41,993 bases of DNA from Hyphomicrobiales bacterium (GTDB lineage: Bacteria > Pseudomonadota > Alphaproteobacteria > Rhizobiales > Beijerinckiaceae): contig JAIXZF010000253.1 of the NCBI GenBank assembly GCA_027489835.1, positions 1 to 41,993 on the forward strand. Reading direction: 5' to 3'. Made by a program: the position numbers and the translations under genes. The notes beneath the pieces are model-generated. The model worked only from the letters and a program-made list of their open reading frames with translations, did no database searches and was not told where the DNA came from. Of this stretch, positions 20,659-30,631 are shown piece by piece (within the stretch, counting starts at the first letter, position 1; every line of letters begins with the position of its first letter).

Positions 20659-21202
20659 TGGCGGCCTCGGGCATCGTGTCAGTCCGCACCTTGGCTGCGT
20701 TCTTGTTGCGGCTGTTGCTGCGCGTGAGGCCAAAGAACAGCCAGCCATTCCAGTTCGTGCCGGTGATTGCCCTGGCGATGCTGGACAGCGAGCAGTAGGT
20801 CACCTCGTTCCAGACGTAGCCGTCTGTGAGCACGATGACGCGATGGGTGGTGCCCTGCCACACACGGATGAACAGCGTGCCCGGCTTGATCGAGGACATG
20901 CCCAGAACCTCCTCAAAGCGCCCATCTCGCGCGGCTGCAGCCAGCTGGCGCAGACGGCGCTTTGTGGCAGGTGACAGACCGCCGAAATTGGCGATCTGAA
21001 CCTCATGGGCCAGTGCCCTGCGCAGCAAGCCGCTGCGAAAGCCGCGCGGGGCGGGACGGCCCGTGACCTTCAGCCAGCGCGAGCGCAGCGCATCAAGGTC
21101 AAGCTCGTCCAACTGCGACAGCAGCGCTGCGACATCGATGCGGGATGCTCGGGACTCGTCCGGCCCTGCCGGCGCTCCCACCCTGCTCTGCTTGCCCATC
21201 AT
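20651..21202 (-). CDS. DUF2924-family protein
   Basis: KPGTLFIRVWQGTTHRV...YCSLSSIARAITGTNWNGWLFFGL; overlaps the recombinase start. Confidence 0.88.
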   Translation of the reverse strand: MMGKQSRVGAPAGPDESRASRIDVAALLSQLDELDLDALRSRWLKVTGRPAPRGFRSGLLRRALAHEVQIANFGGLSPATKRRLRQLAAAARDGRFEEVLGMSSIKPGTLFIRVWQGTTHRVIVLTDGYVWNEVTYCSLSSIARAITGTNWNGWLFFGLTRSNSRNKNAAKVRTDTMPEAANA

Positions 21203-21801
21203 GAAGCGGCCTCGACGGAGGTCGTAGCTGAATGCCCGGCGGCTATCCGGTAAATGCTCGTACCGTCCTGTCGCACGGTGCGTTCGATGGCGTGACCGCG
21301 TTGGCGCAAGCCCGTCAGGGCCGCCCGCGTCGTATGCGCCAGCCATCCCGTCGCGGCCGTAAGCTCGTTGATGCTGGCGCCGGTCTCCCGTCGCAGAAGG
21401 TTGATGACCTCGGCCAGTTTGCTGCCGATTCGAGGCAAGGCAGTTGCCGCAGAAGCGGCAGCCGTCGAAGCCGCATTGATAGGGCGTGGCTGCGCATCCT
21501 CGCAAAGAGTATCGCTGTTCGGCAGCGAGGGTCCCCGCTCCTCTTCGGTCTCGATGCCGAGCGCAGCCAGGCCCTGCGGGCTGATCCGGTAGGCGATCGG
21601 TTCTGGCACCGCATCGAAGTCGGTATCAGAACACACCCGTTCGTGTTCCAGCTCGATCAGCGATCTGGCAAGAAGTGTCGCCAACACCGTCTTCGCCGCG
21701 CCGCCGCGCAGGCGCTCCGGTAGTTCGATCCGCAGATTCTGCCGCTGCGAGGCGGCTGACAGAATAACAAGTTGCGTGGCGGTCAATGAATGCTGAGGCA
21801 T
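21199..21801 (-). CDS. DUF3489-family wHTH-like protein
   Basis: LTATQLVILSAASQR; GSKLAEVINLLRRETGASINELTAATGWLAHTTRAALTGL; ATGA overlap with the DUF2924 gene. Confidence 0.88.
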   Translation of the reverse strand: MPQHSLTATQLVILSAASQRQNLRIELPERLRGGAAKTVLATLLARSLIELEHERVCSDTDFDAVPEPIAYRISPQGLAALGIETEEERGPSLPNSDTLCEDAQPRPINAASTAAASAATALPRIGSKLAEVINLLRRETGASINELTAATGWLAHTTRAALTGLRQRGHAIERTVRQDGTSIYRIAAGHSATTSVEAAS

Positions 21802-22023
21802 GCTCGGGCTCCGTTTCAATAAACGGAGCAAAGCGCCCCGTCACTGATTGGAGCCCCGAACCCGCGCACTGCGGATGGGGCTGGGCCAAGGCGGCGTGCG
21901 GGGGACCGCTGCTGCACGAACAGCAATGCTTGCTGTGACGGCAAAGGGAAGTGCTTTCGCGGCATCCGCTTGGTCAATTGCGGCAGACCGCACCCTGGCC
22001 AATTGACGGCCGATCCGGCAAGT

Positions 22024-22668
22024 CTAGTGCGGGGCTGACATGATCGACATGACTTTCTGGCATTGAGGTCTTATGAACTTGGTGCGCGCCTGAGCCAGGT
22101 TGCCGGGCATAGCCGCCCGTGGGGACTTGACGACCCCCCAGGCGCGCTCACTCCCTCTTGATGCTGATCTGCTGCCGCTGCTTTCCTGAAGGCTCTGGAC
22201 TGTGATGGCGTAGACCGGGTTGAGCCTATTCCAGAGCGTGCCATCCACGTTTACGCCGGCCTGGAACCAGTCATGCGTGCCGGCGAAGAGGCCCGTGCAG
22301 ACTGCGCGCATTACGGGCGCGGTTTCGCTCCAAAGCAGGCTGAGACTGGCGAAGGGCGGGCGGGTCTTCGCGCCACTGATGGTGACAGTGATGGAGATCC
22401 TCTTGGGGGCCGGCCTGGTGAGAGGCGCTGGATATCAGGCGACGACGATGCCGCAGTCATCCATCCAGGTCGCGCCAATATGGCCATGCTCACGAACAGC
22501 CGCGGCTGCGCGCTTGCGTTCTGCCACGTCCCAGCGCAGCGCTTCGAGGCTTTCACCTACTGCGAGCTTTGCGGTCGCGACATCACCCAGCGCCTCCAGC
22601 TCCGCGAGAAGTGAGGCGCGCTCGGCGTCCGGTTTCGTTGGCGGCTTCGACGACAATTCTGATCTCAT
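22024..22668 (-). pseudogene. Hypothetical gene interrupted by one in-frame TGA
   Basis: ORFs 22435-22758 and 22024-22311 share a frame and are separated only by the stop at 22435-22437. Confidence 0.4.
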
Positions 22669-22859
22669 GGTCCGTTGCGATCCGCTGCCGGCAACTGAAC
22701 GTGGAGCCGGCCCGGAACAGAATAGAACCCCGTAAGGCATTTGTAGTAAGGTCGCCACGTTATTGATATCCGCCGCGTCCCGGTAGCCATTTCTGGCCTG
22801 CGCGACAACGATTACGCGCTTGTCGCGCAGCGCTTCGCTCCGCTATCGAGCAGCGAAGT

Positions 22860-23220
22860 CCCCCGCCAGGCTGCGTGCACCACGGCGACCGCGGATCGCA
22901 ATACGCGGCTGGGCTCTACCGACAGGCGCTCGCCGACCATGGGCTCGTCGGATCGATGGGGCGTCGCGGCAATCCGTACGACAACGCCAAGGCCGAGAGC
23001 TTCAAGAAGATGCTCAAGGTCGAGGCGGTCTACCCGATGGCTTATGAAGCCTTCGAAGACGTTGCCGCCGACCTTCCCCGCTTCATCGAGGAGGTCTACA
23101 ACGAGACACGCCTGCACTCGGCGCTCGGCTATCTCAGCCCGCGCCAGTTCGAGGACCAACACGCCCGGCTTATGGTCAAAACCGCAGCCTGAACCTGTCC
23201 GGAGACGGGGGCGCACTCCA
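22860..23220 (+). mobile_element. IS3-family 3' remnant (integrase core C-terminus and IRR)
   Basis: [10 protein letters not shown]...[17 protein letters not shown]...[19 protein letters not shown]; ends TGTCC...GGGGCGCACTCCA. Followed by IS21-IR-like AAATCGGCGTCCAATGTTGACCCC. Confidence 0.88.
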
Positions 23221-23756
23221 AATCGGCGTCCAATGTTGACCCCTTTGTTATAGGGCGCTTCTGCAAGCGGACGCCCCGGCGCAGCTGTTCGCCGTTGCGC
23301 AGGCGGGGATGAACCGACGACGGCCCCGGACTGCGCATAACCATTGCAGAGTCGATGCCCAAGGTTGGGCACACAGCCATCGTGGAGCTTCGAAAAAATG
23401 CGGACGGCTCCGAAAGGTCGGTGGTCTTGGCCGCCATCCAGCGCAACGACTTCCTGTCAAAGTTTAAAAGGCTCTGGGGGGGGTGGGCGCAGTCCTACCC
23501 CCAACGGACAAGCCGTCCCGCTTTCGCGCTTGGGCCAGAGGAGAGAGGACATATCACAACCCCCAGAAGCGGCCAGCGAGTGGGTCCAACATCGGGGGCA
23601 GGTCAGGCCCGACCCGAGGTTCCTGGTAGGGTGACTCCATGGCAGCATCAGGCTGAATACCCTGATGCCAAGCGAACTGATCAGGGGTCGCGCCTATAAA
23701 ACTCCCAGCTAGGTCGTGCGGACAAACCTGATCTGGCATCGGATTGTCCATACGAC

Positions 23757-26700
23757 CTAGGCGAAGGCGAAGTCTGCGGACGAAAACTGATTAGGCTGAT
23801 GACCAATGAACCAAACTTGTGTATTGCCGTCAACGATGAGTACGGTGCCATTGATAATACTGGAAAAAATCAAGTTTGATTGGACTTGCACGAAACTATT
23901 TAGAGCTGTGCCCTCCAAACGTACAACATCGTTAACACCAGAGACTTCGAAGTCATTCATTACCTTTATGCCCGAGTTTGCAGTTACAATGAACGTATCG
24001 TTTCCACCACCAGTTGTGCCATCGCCCCCATAGAAATAGTCGAAACCGGTTGGTCCACCGATGAGCGTATCGTTACCTTCGCCGCCAACCAGTACATTGA
24101 AAGCGTTGCTGACATTATCCGTAGCACGCAATGTGTCAGCGCCTCCTTCACCATAGAGCCAATCTTGGCCGAGCCCGCTTTCGAGCGAGTCGTCATTAGC
24201 CCCGCCAGAGATGATGTCATCGTCATCGTCGCCAGATATTGTATCGTTGCCGTCATATCCCCAGAGGCTATCGGCCCCTTGACCGCCGTGCAGGACATCT
24301 GCGCCACTGCCTCCGATCAGGACGTCAGCGCCGTCGCCGCTCCAGAGGGCGTCATCACCATCTTGCCCGTCCAATGAGTCGTTGCCAGCCCCGCCTTGCA
24401 ACAGGTCACCACCGGAGCCACCGATCAGGGTATCTGCTCCCAACCCCCCCACGAGAACATCGTCGTTCATGCTGCCAATGATGCTGTCATTGCCGGCACG
24501 CCCGTCGATGAAGGCCCCGATCGCCGTATTCCCGGGACTGGCGCTGCTGGGACCAAGGTGAAGACTGCCAGCCGTAATCGCGTCGTTTCCGCCACCCGAG
24601 ATAAGCGCCTCAACATTCTTGTCCGCCAGCACAAGAACAAGGTTCCCGGTGCTCTGGAAAATGGCTGTATCATAGCCTTCTCCGCCATCAATGAGGTATC
24701 CGAAGGTCCCCGTCGCCGGTTTGTCCTCGCTGTCAAAAAACAACGTGTCATCACCGGCTAGACCATACAAATCATCCGTTCCTGCCCCTCCGGCCAGAAC
24801 ATCATTCTTGCTGTTTCCTCGAAGAATGTCGTTCCCGCCGTTTCCGAAAAGCGTAACCGCATACGGGCCCAAGTTTGTGATCACATCGTTGGCATTGCCG
24901 GTGATGGCCCCGTCAGAGGTATGGGTACCAGCATTGATCTGTAAATCAACGCCATGGATGAAATAAGACGCTGCATTCGAGTTGGGGTAATTTTGGGACA
25001 ACACAGCCATATCGATGAACGACTGCACGAGATTGCCGTTCTCACTGGTGTATTTGAATCCGTCGCCAAGCGGGCTTCGGCTGTAGCCAACCGTCTCATA
25101 GGCAAACGCTGCGTCGCCATAGACCCGGACAGCGCCGCTCTGCGTGAAACTCCCGAACCCGTGCACCTTGCTGCCATCGGGCAATTGCAACGCGCGATTG
25201 TCTGTTGTGAGGTTGAATTCGGTGATGCCAAGCGCCGTCAGGGTGCTCAGTTCGGAAGCTGTGCTGACGCCGTCCTGGTTTGCGTCCTTCCAGACCCGGA
25301 ATTCGCCCCAGCGCGTGTCCGCTGCCGTCAGCTTGCCGTCATTGTTGCTGTCATACAGCGTCCGGATCGCCTGCACGTCGGTATCGTCCGGATTTGCGGT
25401 CTGGACGGCAAAGCTGACTTCCTTGGCCTGGGAAATCACCCCATCCGCCCCGGCGTTGCCGTTGGCTGCAAGATCGATGACCAGCAGTCCGTCGGTCGGC
25501 CCGGCCCAGGCTGTCTGTTCCTTGAAGCCATCACCATCGACGTCGAAATACACCGTCGAATCAATCCGGGACGTGATGTCGACGCCGTCATTGTTGAGAT
25601 CGAGCACGAGCGGCTCGAACCAGTCGAAATCCCAGCCGTCAAAGATCGAACTTGTCCATCCGCCGGTATAGTACGACGTGCCATAGCCGGAGTTGTCCCA
25701 ACCAAGCCAGGTGTCGTCGCCTCCGGAGCTTGCATTCTCGATGTTCACGTAAGGAAGGGTCGAGTTGTAAGCCCCTCCAACGTCAATATCGTAGCCTCCC
25801 GCGCTAAAGTCGAAGGCCGGGCCGAACTGCGGCTCGATCGACAAGACAGATGGGACTGCCGAATCCGTCGCGCCGCCGTGGAAAGCACTGCGTCCGACCT
25901 CATGCGTCAGCGCATTGACAGCGCTTTCGTCCATGCGCGCCAGATGGGCATCATTGAGCGAGCGGCTCGACAGCCAGGACGTGAAGTCATCGTACAGCTT
26001 GCTGATGCCGACCAACAGGCCGTCCGGCCCATAATCTTCGCGCGTCTGTACATCCGCGCGCTGGTCCAGCGGGTCATAAAGCAGTCTTGTCTGAAGTGGA
26101 TTCCCGGGCGTGGCAGAATTGTCCTCGTAGGTCTCCCACTTAACCAACTCACCGTACGGGTTGAAAAGCTGCTGCCCTGTCAATGGATCGATGATGGTGT
26201 GCGCACGTGCCTCAGTCCATTGCACGTCTCCGGTGGCACCATTTATCCTTGTGTTGGTGACAGTTAAGACGCCAAATTCGGGGTCAAACACCTGTGCGCC
26301 CGCCAGAATCGTGTCCTCAACACCGGTGCGGGCCGGACTGCCCGCAGCTGCACGTGCAGCATTGATTTCCGCTGCGTTCAGTGGCTCGGCAACCGAGCCT
26401 GGCGTACCCCAATAGGCCGGGTCGTTCTGATAGGTGACGTTGCTGGCGGATTTAATGAGTGCGCCGTTTGACCCGTTTGAGTTGGAATCGTCGATAGCGC
26501 CGGTTGGGACTGGAATATATGTTAGGTTTTTGTCGTTGATCGCTTCTTTCGCGAAATTCGCCGCTGCCCAGCCCTGCTCCATCTCAGTCTTCGTGCCCCT
26601 CGCAACAGTTTCCTCATAGCGGCTGCCATAGGCGACTGCTTGGCTCCCTGTGCTGGCGACGGGGTTGTCTTTATAGGGTAGTTCGTTCCCGTTTGGCTGA

Positions 26701-26906
26701 CGGAGGTTTGGGTCGCCTTCCTTTACAAAAAGCGTCCCATATGGAGCGGTGGTCTGAAAGGTATCATTCGGTCCTCTCGCTCCACCATGCAATTCTTTGA
26801 CAGTATCTCCGAATTCATTGACAAGACGCAGAAATCTATGGCTTGCTGTTCCACCAGTCACGGCTATTGGAAAGCTCCAAACTTGAATTGAGTATTGACC
26901 GGGCAT
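23757..26906 (-). CDS. RTX calcium-binding secreted protein with FrpC-like self-processing module and uncharacterised N-terminal domain
   Basis: Many GGxGxDxL nonapeptides in the C-terminal third; EPLVLDLNNDG...FDVDGDGFKEQTAW...DGLLVID...LRTLYD-like/VWKDANQDG module; AGGAG SD before ATG 26906. Confidence 0.88.
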   Translation of the reverse strand: MPGQYSIQVWSFPIAVTGGTASHRFLRLVNEFGDTVKELHGGARGPNDTFQTTAPYGTLFVKEGDPNLRQPNGNELPYKDNPVASTGSQAVAYGSRYEETVARGTKTEMEQGWAAANFAKEAINDKNLTYIPVPTGAIDDSNSNGSNGALIKSASNVTYQNDPAYWGTPGSVAEPLNAAEINAARAAAGSPARTGVEDTILAGAQVFDPEFGVLTVTNTRINGATGDVQWTEARAHTIIDPLTGQQLFNPYGELVKWETYEDNSATPGNPLQTRLLYDPLDQRADVQTREDYGPDGLLVGISKLYDDFTSWLSSRSLNDAHLARMDESAVNALTHEVGRSAFHGGATDSAVPSVLSIEPQFGPAFDFSAGGYDIDVGGAYNSTLPYVNIENASSGGDDTWLGWDNSGYGTSYYTGGWTSSIFDGWDFDWFEPLVLDLNNDGVDITSRIDSTVYFDVDGDGFKEQTAWAGPTDGLLVIDLAANGNAGADGVISQAKEVSFAVQTANPDDTDVQAIRTLYDSNNDGKLTAADTRWGEFRVWKDANQDGVSTASELSTLTALGITEFNLTTDNRALQLPDGSKVHGFGSFTQSGAVRVYGDAAFAYETVGYSRSPLGDGFKYTSENGNLVQSFIDMAVLSQNYPNSNAASYFIHGVDLQINAGTHTSDGAITGNANDVITNLGPYAVTLFGNGGNDILRGNSKNDVLAGGAGTDDLYGLAGDDTLFFDSEDKPATGTFGYLIDGGEGYDTAIFQSTGNLVLVLADKNVEALISGGGNDAITAGSLHLGPSSASPGNTAIGAFIDGRAGNDSIIGSMNDDVLVGGLGADTLIGGSGGDLLQGGAGNDSLDGQDGDDALWSGDGADVLIGGSGADVLHGGQGADSLWGYDGNDTISGDDDDDIISGGANDDSLESGLGQDWLYGEGGADTLRATDNVSNAFNVLVGGEGNDTLIGGPTGFDYFYGGDGTTGGGNDTFIVTANSGIKVMNDFEVSGVNDVVRLEGTALNSFVQVQSNLIFSSIINGTVLIVDGNTQVWFIGHQPNQFSSADFAFA

Positions 26907-26920
26907 CTTTATCTCCTGAT

Positions 26921-27421
26921 TCACCGATTAATACGAATCACCTTTGGCAGTAAAATTGAAGCTCGAACGTCCGGAGTAAATCCGACCTGGTTCGCTGGCC
27001 ATTTAACTCTGAGTTGCCAATGCCATGGAGAGGTAGAGCAACCCTGCCGGTCACATGACTGTGCTGTGTACTTCCTATCAATAAGGCAGGCATATCCCGC
27101 GACAGTTCGACTGCATGCACCACCTGCCTCCGCGATAATGTTGAGCAGCTTGGAGGTCTCGTTATCTCCGCGGCTGACAATTTTGTGACGAAGATACTTT
27201 TCCTTTCCGCTTTCTTCTCCAGGCAGCGCCGAGAGCATCGTCGTGTCGAAATACTCGCTTCTCGGCCCGCTCCCGTAGCTGGGGCTAATAGTAAAGGGCG
27301 CAGGCGCGCAGGCTGTCAGGGCCGCCTGCATCGCAAGGCACAGCGCAGGCCATTGCAAGACGCGCGCGAGAAGGGATCGATTGCGTGCAGCGCCGTCTAC
27401 ATCACCAAGTGACTCAGTCAT
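26921..27421 (-). CDS. Putative lipoprotein directly upstream of the RTX gene
   Basis: Hydrophobic stretch ending in lipobox LTAC; four further Cys; stop 14 nt before the RTX start. Start codon uncertain. Confidence 0.55.
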   Translation of the reverse strand: MTESLGDVDGAARNRSLLARVLQWPALCLAMQAALTACAPAPFTISPSYGSGPRSEYFDTTMLSALPGEESGKEKYLRHKIVSRGDNETSKLLNIIAEAGGACSRTVAGYACLIDRKYTAQSCDRQGCSTSPWHWQLRVKWPANQVGFTPDVRASILLPKVIRINR

Positions 27422-27780
27422 TATAGGCGCTTCCATCAGGCATCGTCGCGCAGAGTCATTTATATGTAGTTCAGATGTTATTTGTGCATTGCGTCTCAAT
27501 TTCGATGACGCTAGTGACAGCCACTCGTGCTGTCGATTGTGTATTTTACCATTGGGTCTATTGCGGATGGTTCGCTTCCATTTCTGTGATGAATACAAGG
27601 CGGCGTGCCTCAGGCGGTGCATCGTCCAGAGCAGTTCAGCAGGGTCCATCCCGCCAGCCTAGCGGCTCGCCAATAGCCCGCAATCCCCTGCCCGGGAACG
27701 CATCCCCGCCGTCGATTCGACCAGACCAGCAAGGCCCGGAGTCGGGCTGTTTGCGATCGTCAGGGCTTCACCCGTGGGCC

Positions 27781-27943
27781 AGCTGCCCCTTCCCTGCCAA
27801 GCAACGGTCGGAGTGAGCGCGGCGGCAGCCGCCTTGCAAGGCATCCAACCGTATCCCCGAGGGTCCCTCGGTCGGAGCCTCCTTGCAAGCCGTCTTCGTG
27901 GCCACCGCGCCTTGATCACCCGACCGGCAGCGAAGGGCGCAGC
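27781..27943. promoter_or_regulatory. Long nested inverted-repeat element upstream of a truncated small gene
   Basis: Nested pairings GCTGCCCCTTC/GAAGGGCGCAGC, GGTCGG/CCGACC, GCGCGG/CCGCGC, CTTGCAAGG/CCTTGCAAG and apical CCGAGGG/CCCTCGG. Confidence 0.5.
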
Positions 27944-28072
27944 CGGACCAACCAACGGGAGACACCCAACATCACCACCACCAACCAGCCCAACCGTCCG
28001 AGCCACACGCTCTTCATGGTCGAAGGCGACAAGGACGACGCCATCTGGACCGAGATCGGCGTCTTGTGGGGG

Positions 28073-28212
28073 CGCGCCAGGACGTGTTCGACTATAGCGA
28101 GATGTTCGATAACCCCACCGTGAAGCATGCGCGAAACGGGATGCTGTCACACGCCGGGTTCAAACAACAGCACACAACGCAATCCGAGGACGTCTGGAAA
28201 CCTCGGGGCGAT
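28073..28212 (+). mobile_element. Degenerate IS3-family 3' remnant
   Basis: ARQDVFDYSEMFDNPTVKHARNGMLS resembles IS3 orfB C-termini; IRR-like GTCTGGAAACCTCGGGGCGAT. Confidence 0.7.
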
Positions 28213-28281
28213 GCTGTTCGGCTTGATCAGGATCACCGGGTCGACGCCTCAGCGTTCGAAGTCTTCTTGGATGGTCGCGTG

Positions 28282-29286
28282 TCAGTTGTGTCGCTCAGCA
28301 GCCAGACCGGCCCGGAACCTTCCAAGGATGTCCAGAGCAACGTCATTGTATTCGCTCCGGGCGAACTCCTGCCTGTCGATCTCGCCCGCACGGAGCGCGT
28401 CCAACAGGTCGCCCAGGCATTCAGAGATCGCCGCGACGGAATCGAGCGAGGCAAACCGTGTTCCCCTCGGAGCATTCACGCCCAGACTGCTCCATGTCTG
28501 AAAGACAGTCTTCAAAAGCTCTCTTTTTGGTATCATGCCGTTGCGCATCACACGCCAAAAAAGCTGATCCTCGGTCAGCCGGAAGCGCTTGTAGACCAGA
28601 TTGTTGAATTCCAGGGCCCACCGATAGGAGCCCCCGGAGCGGTATCGGTCACCATCATTGGCGTACGCCAGCTTCTCATCAAGGGCATCCTGCAATAGCA
28701 GCGCATCACGAAAGCTGCAGGTCCACGCGCATCGCTCAGCGTCAGCTTCATTGACGGGACCTTCGAAGCGCACCTCTTCGCCAGGCTCAAGCACGACGTC
28801 GTCTGGATGGGGAAGCGGGTTTGGGACAGGCTTGCCGTCGCGCTTGGCCTGTTCAATTTCAGCCCATTTTACATCACAGTATAGCTGCCACTGCGAATGT
28901 TGGTCTTGCAACTCGCGCCCGGCCTGGCAGAGGGCGCGTTCGATGCGCTGCAAGGCATCTCGCTGTGCAAGGGGGTTTCCGCGCGCTGCTGCTGCCATCT
29001 GTGCCCGCACGATCGCCTCATGCATCGGGATCGAAACGGTCTTGCCCGTGTCCTTGACCTGTACGGGCGCCATAGCAAGACGCACGGTCGTGGCATTAAG
29101 CCCCTGCCCTCCCGGCGGCAGGGCCAAGTCTGGTCTGCGCTTGGGCCGCCCCTTGGGATTGCCGCTCTGGCCAGGCTTGAACCGTCCGACTCGGGGAGGC
29201 TGGGCGCCACCGATGCCGATCAGCTCGCGCTTGACCTTCTCCACCACATGCGGTGGGATTTGGCCGGCACGGTCCTCTCCAGCCAT
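28282..29286 (-). CDS. DUF5681-domain protein
   Basis: PPRVGRFKPGQSGNPKGRPK motif; starts 1 nt after the methylase stop. Confidence 0.8.
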   Translation of the reverse strand: MAGEDRAGQIPPHVVEKVKRELIGIGGAQPPRVGRFKPGQSGNPKGRPKRRPDLALPPGGQGLNATTVRLAMAPVQVKDTGKTVSIPMHEAIVRAQMAAAARGNPLAQRDALQRIERALCQAGRELQDQHSQWQLYCDVKWAEIEQAKRDGKPVPNPLPHPDDVVLEPGEEVRFEGPVNEADAERCAWTCSFRDALLLQDALDEKLAYANDGDRYRSGGSYRWALEFNNLVYKRFRLTEDQLFWRVMRNGMIPKRELLKTVFQTWSSLGVNAPRGTRFASLDSVAAISECLGDLLDALRAGEIDRQEFARSEYNDVALDILGRFRAGLAAERHN

Positions 29287-29287
29287 G

Positions 29288-30631
29288 TCAGCGCTCCTCG
29301 GCTGCGGCGGCAGACGCTGAAGCGCTTCCACGCTCGTCGGCAACCTCCTCGAACCGCTGATCTGTTCCTGCAAGCGTCGCGTGCTTGCCCGTCAGCCTTT
29401 CCCAGCGGGCAATAATGGTATCGGAATAGGCGGGATCGTATTCGAGCAGGCGGGCCTGGCGCCCGCAGGTCTCGGCCGCGATCAGCGTGGTGCCGGAGCC
29501 CCCGAAGATGTCGAGCACAATCTCGCCGCGCCTCGAGCAGTCCTTGATGGCGTCGGCCACCAGCGCCGTCGACTTGACGGTCGGATGCATCGCGAGCTCG
29601 TCCATGCGCTGGCCACCCACGCTGCTGATGCCGGGATAGTCCCAGACATTGGTTCGATAGCGTCCGGTTTCGCCGAGGCCAAAGCTATTGGTGTGGGCGG
29701 CTGTGCCCACTTTGAACACGAAGACCAACTCATGCTTGGAGCGATAGAAGCTGCCCATCCCTCCATTGCTCTTGTTCCAGACACAGAGGTTCTTCAGTTC
29801 GGTGAAGGCGTCCTCGCCGGCGTCAAGCAGCTCGCGCATATGTCGCCAGTCCATGCAGACAAAGGCCACGGCGCCGTCGCGGCAAACCGCAGCTGAATTG
29901 GTAAGGGTCGCGGTCAGAAACCGCGTGAACTCGATGCGCGTCATCTCGCCCGCCGCCATCGCGAACTCGCGGTGGCGCACAGAGCCGAGCCCACAGACGT
30001 GACCGTCAATCTGCACGTTGTAGGGCGGATCGGTAAAGACGAGATCGGCTGGCTCATTGCCCATCAGACGCGCCACATCTTCGGATGAGCGGGCATCGCC
30101 GCACAGCAGCCGATGCCGGCCCAGACGCCACATCTCGCCAAAGCGCGTCACCGGGTTCAAGGGCCGGGGCAGGATCACGTCGACCGCAGGCCTTGGTTCG
30201 ATCCTAGCCTCACGGGCCTGCTCCAGGGTGAAGTCGATCTCGGCGATCGAGAAGCCGGTCAGCGATAAGTCGAAGTCGAGCTCAGCCAACGCCTCGAACT
30301 CGATTGCCAGGATTTCGGTGTCCCATCCGGCATTGAGCGCAAGCTTGTTGTCCGCCAGAACGTAGGCCCGGCGCTCAGCTGGGCTTAGATGTGATAGGCG
30401 CAGGGTAGGCACCTCATGGAGCCCCAGCTCTTTAGCTGCTATCACTCGCCCATGCCCGGCGATGATCTCCGCTTCGTCGCTGACGAGCACAGGATTGGTG
30501 AAGCCAAAGCGCCGCATGCTCTCGGCGATTTGCCGGATCTGCTTGCGCGAGTGCCGCCGAGCGTTGTTAGGGTAAGGGCGCAGCGACGTGAGCGGCGCCA
30601 TCTCGATCTTCGGATTTGTATGCATCATCAT
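29288..30631 (-). CDS. ParB-like N-terminal domain fused to N4/N6 DNA methyltransferase
   Basis: LRPYPNNARRH...FGFTNPVLV...IIAGHGR; catalytic FTDPPYN; HPTVK; SAM motif VLDIFGGSGTT. Confidence 0.93.
   Translation of the reverse strand: MMMHTNPKIEMAPLTSLRPYPNNARRHSRKQIRQIAESMRRFGFTNPVLVSDEAEIIAGHGRVIAAKELGLHEVPTLRLSHLSPAERRAYVLADNKLALNAGWDTEILAIEFEALAELDFDLSLTGFSIAEIDFTLEQAREARIEPRPAVDVILPRPLNPVTRFGEMWRLGRHRLLCGDARSSEDVARLMGNEPADLVFTDPPYNVQIDGHVCGLGSVRHREFAMAAGEMTRIEFTRFLTATLTNSAAVCRDGAVAFVCMDWRHMRELLDAGEDAFTELKNLCVWNKSNGGMGSFYRSKHELVFVFKVGTAAHTNSFGLGETGRYRTNVWDYPGISSVGGQRMDELAMHPTVKSTALVADAIKDCSRRGEIVLDIFGGSGTTLIAAETCGRQARLLEYDPAYSDTIIARWERLTGKHATLAGTDQRFEEVADERGSASASAAAAEER

Noticed and set aside
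5482-21801. CRISPR-associated transposon (RNA-guided integration)
   Set aside because: No TnsABC/TniQ, Cas3 appears intact, and nothing links the spacers to the insertion site.
23460-23610. G-run and IS3 IRR-like GTCCAACATCGGGGGCAGGTCA
   Set aside because: Isolated end-like sequence with no transposase or partner end; treated as debris.
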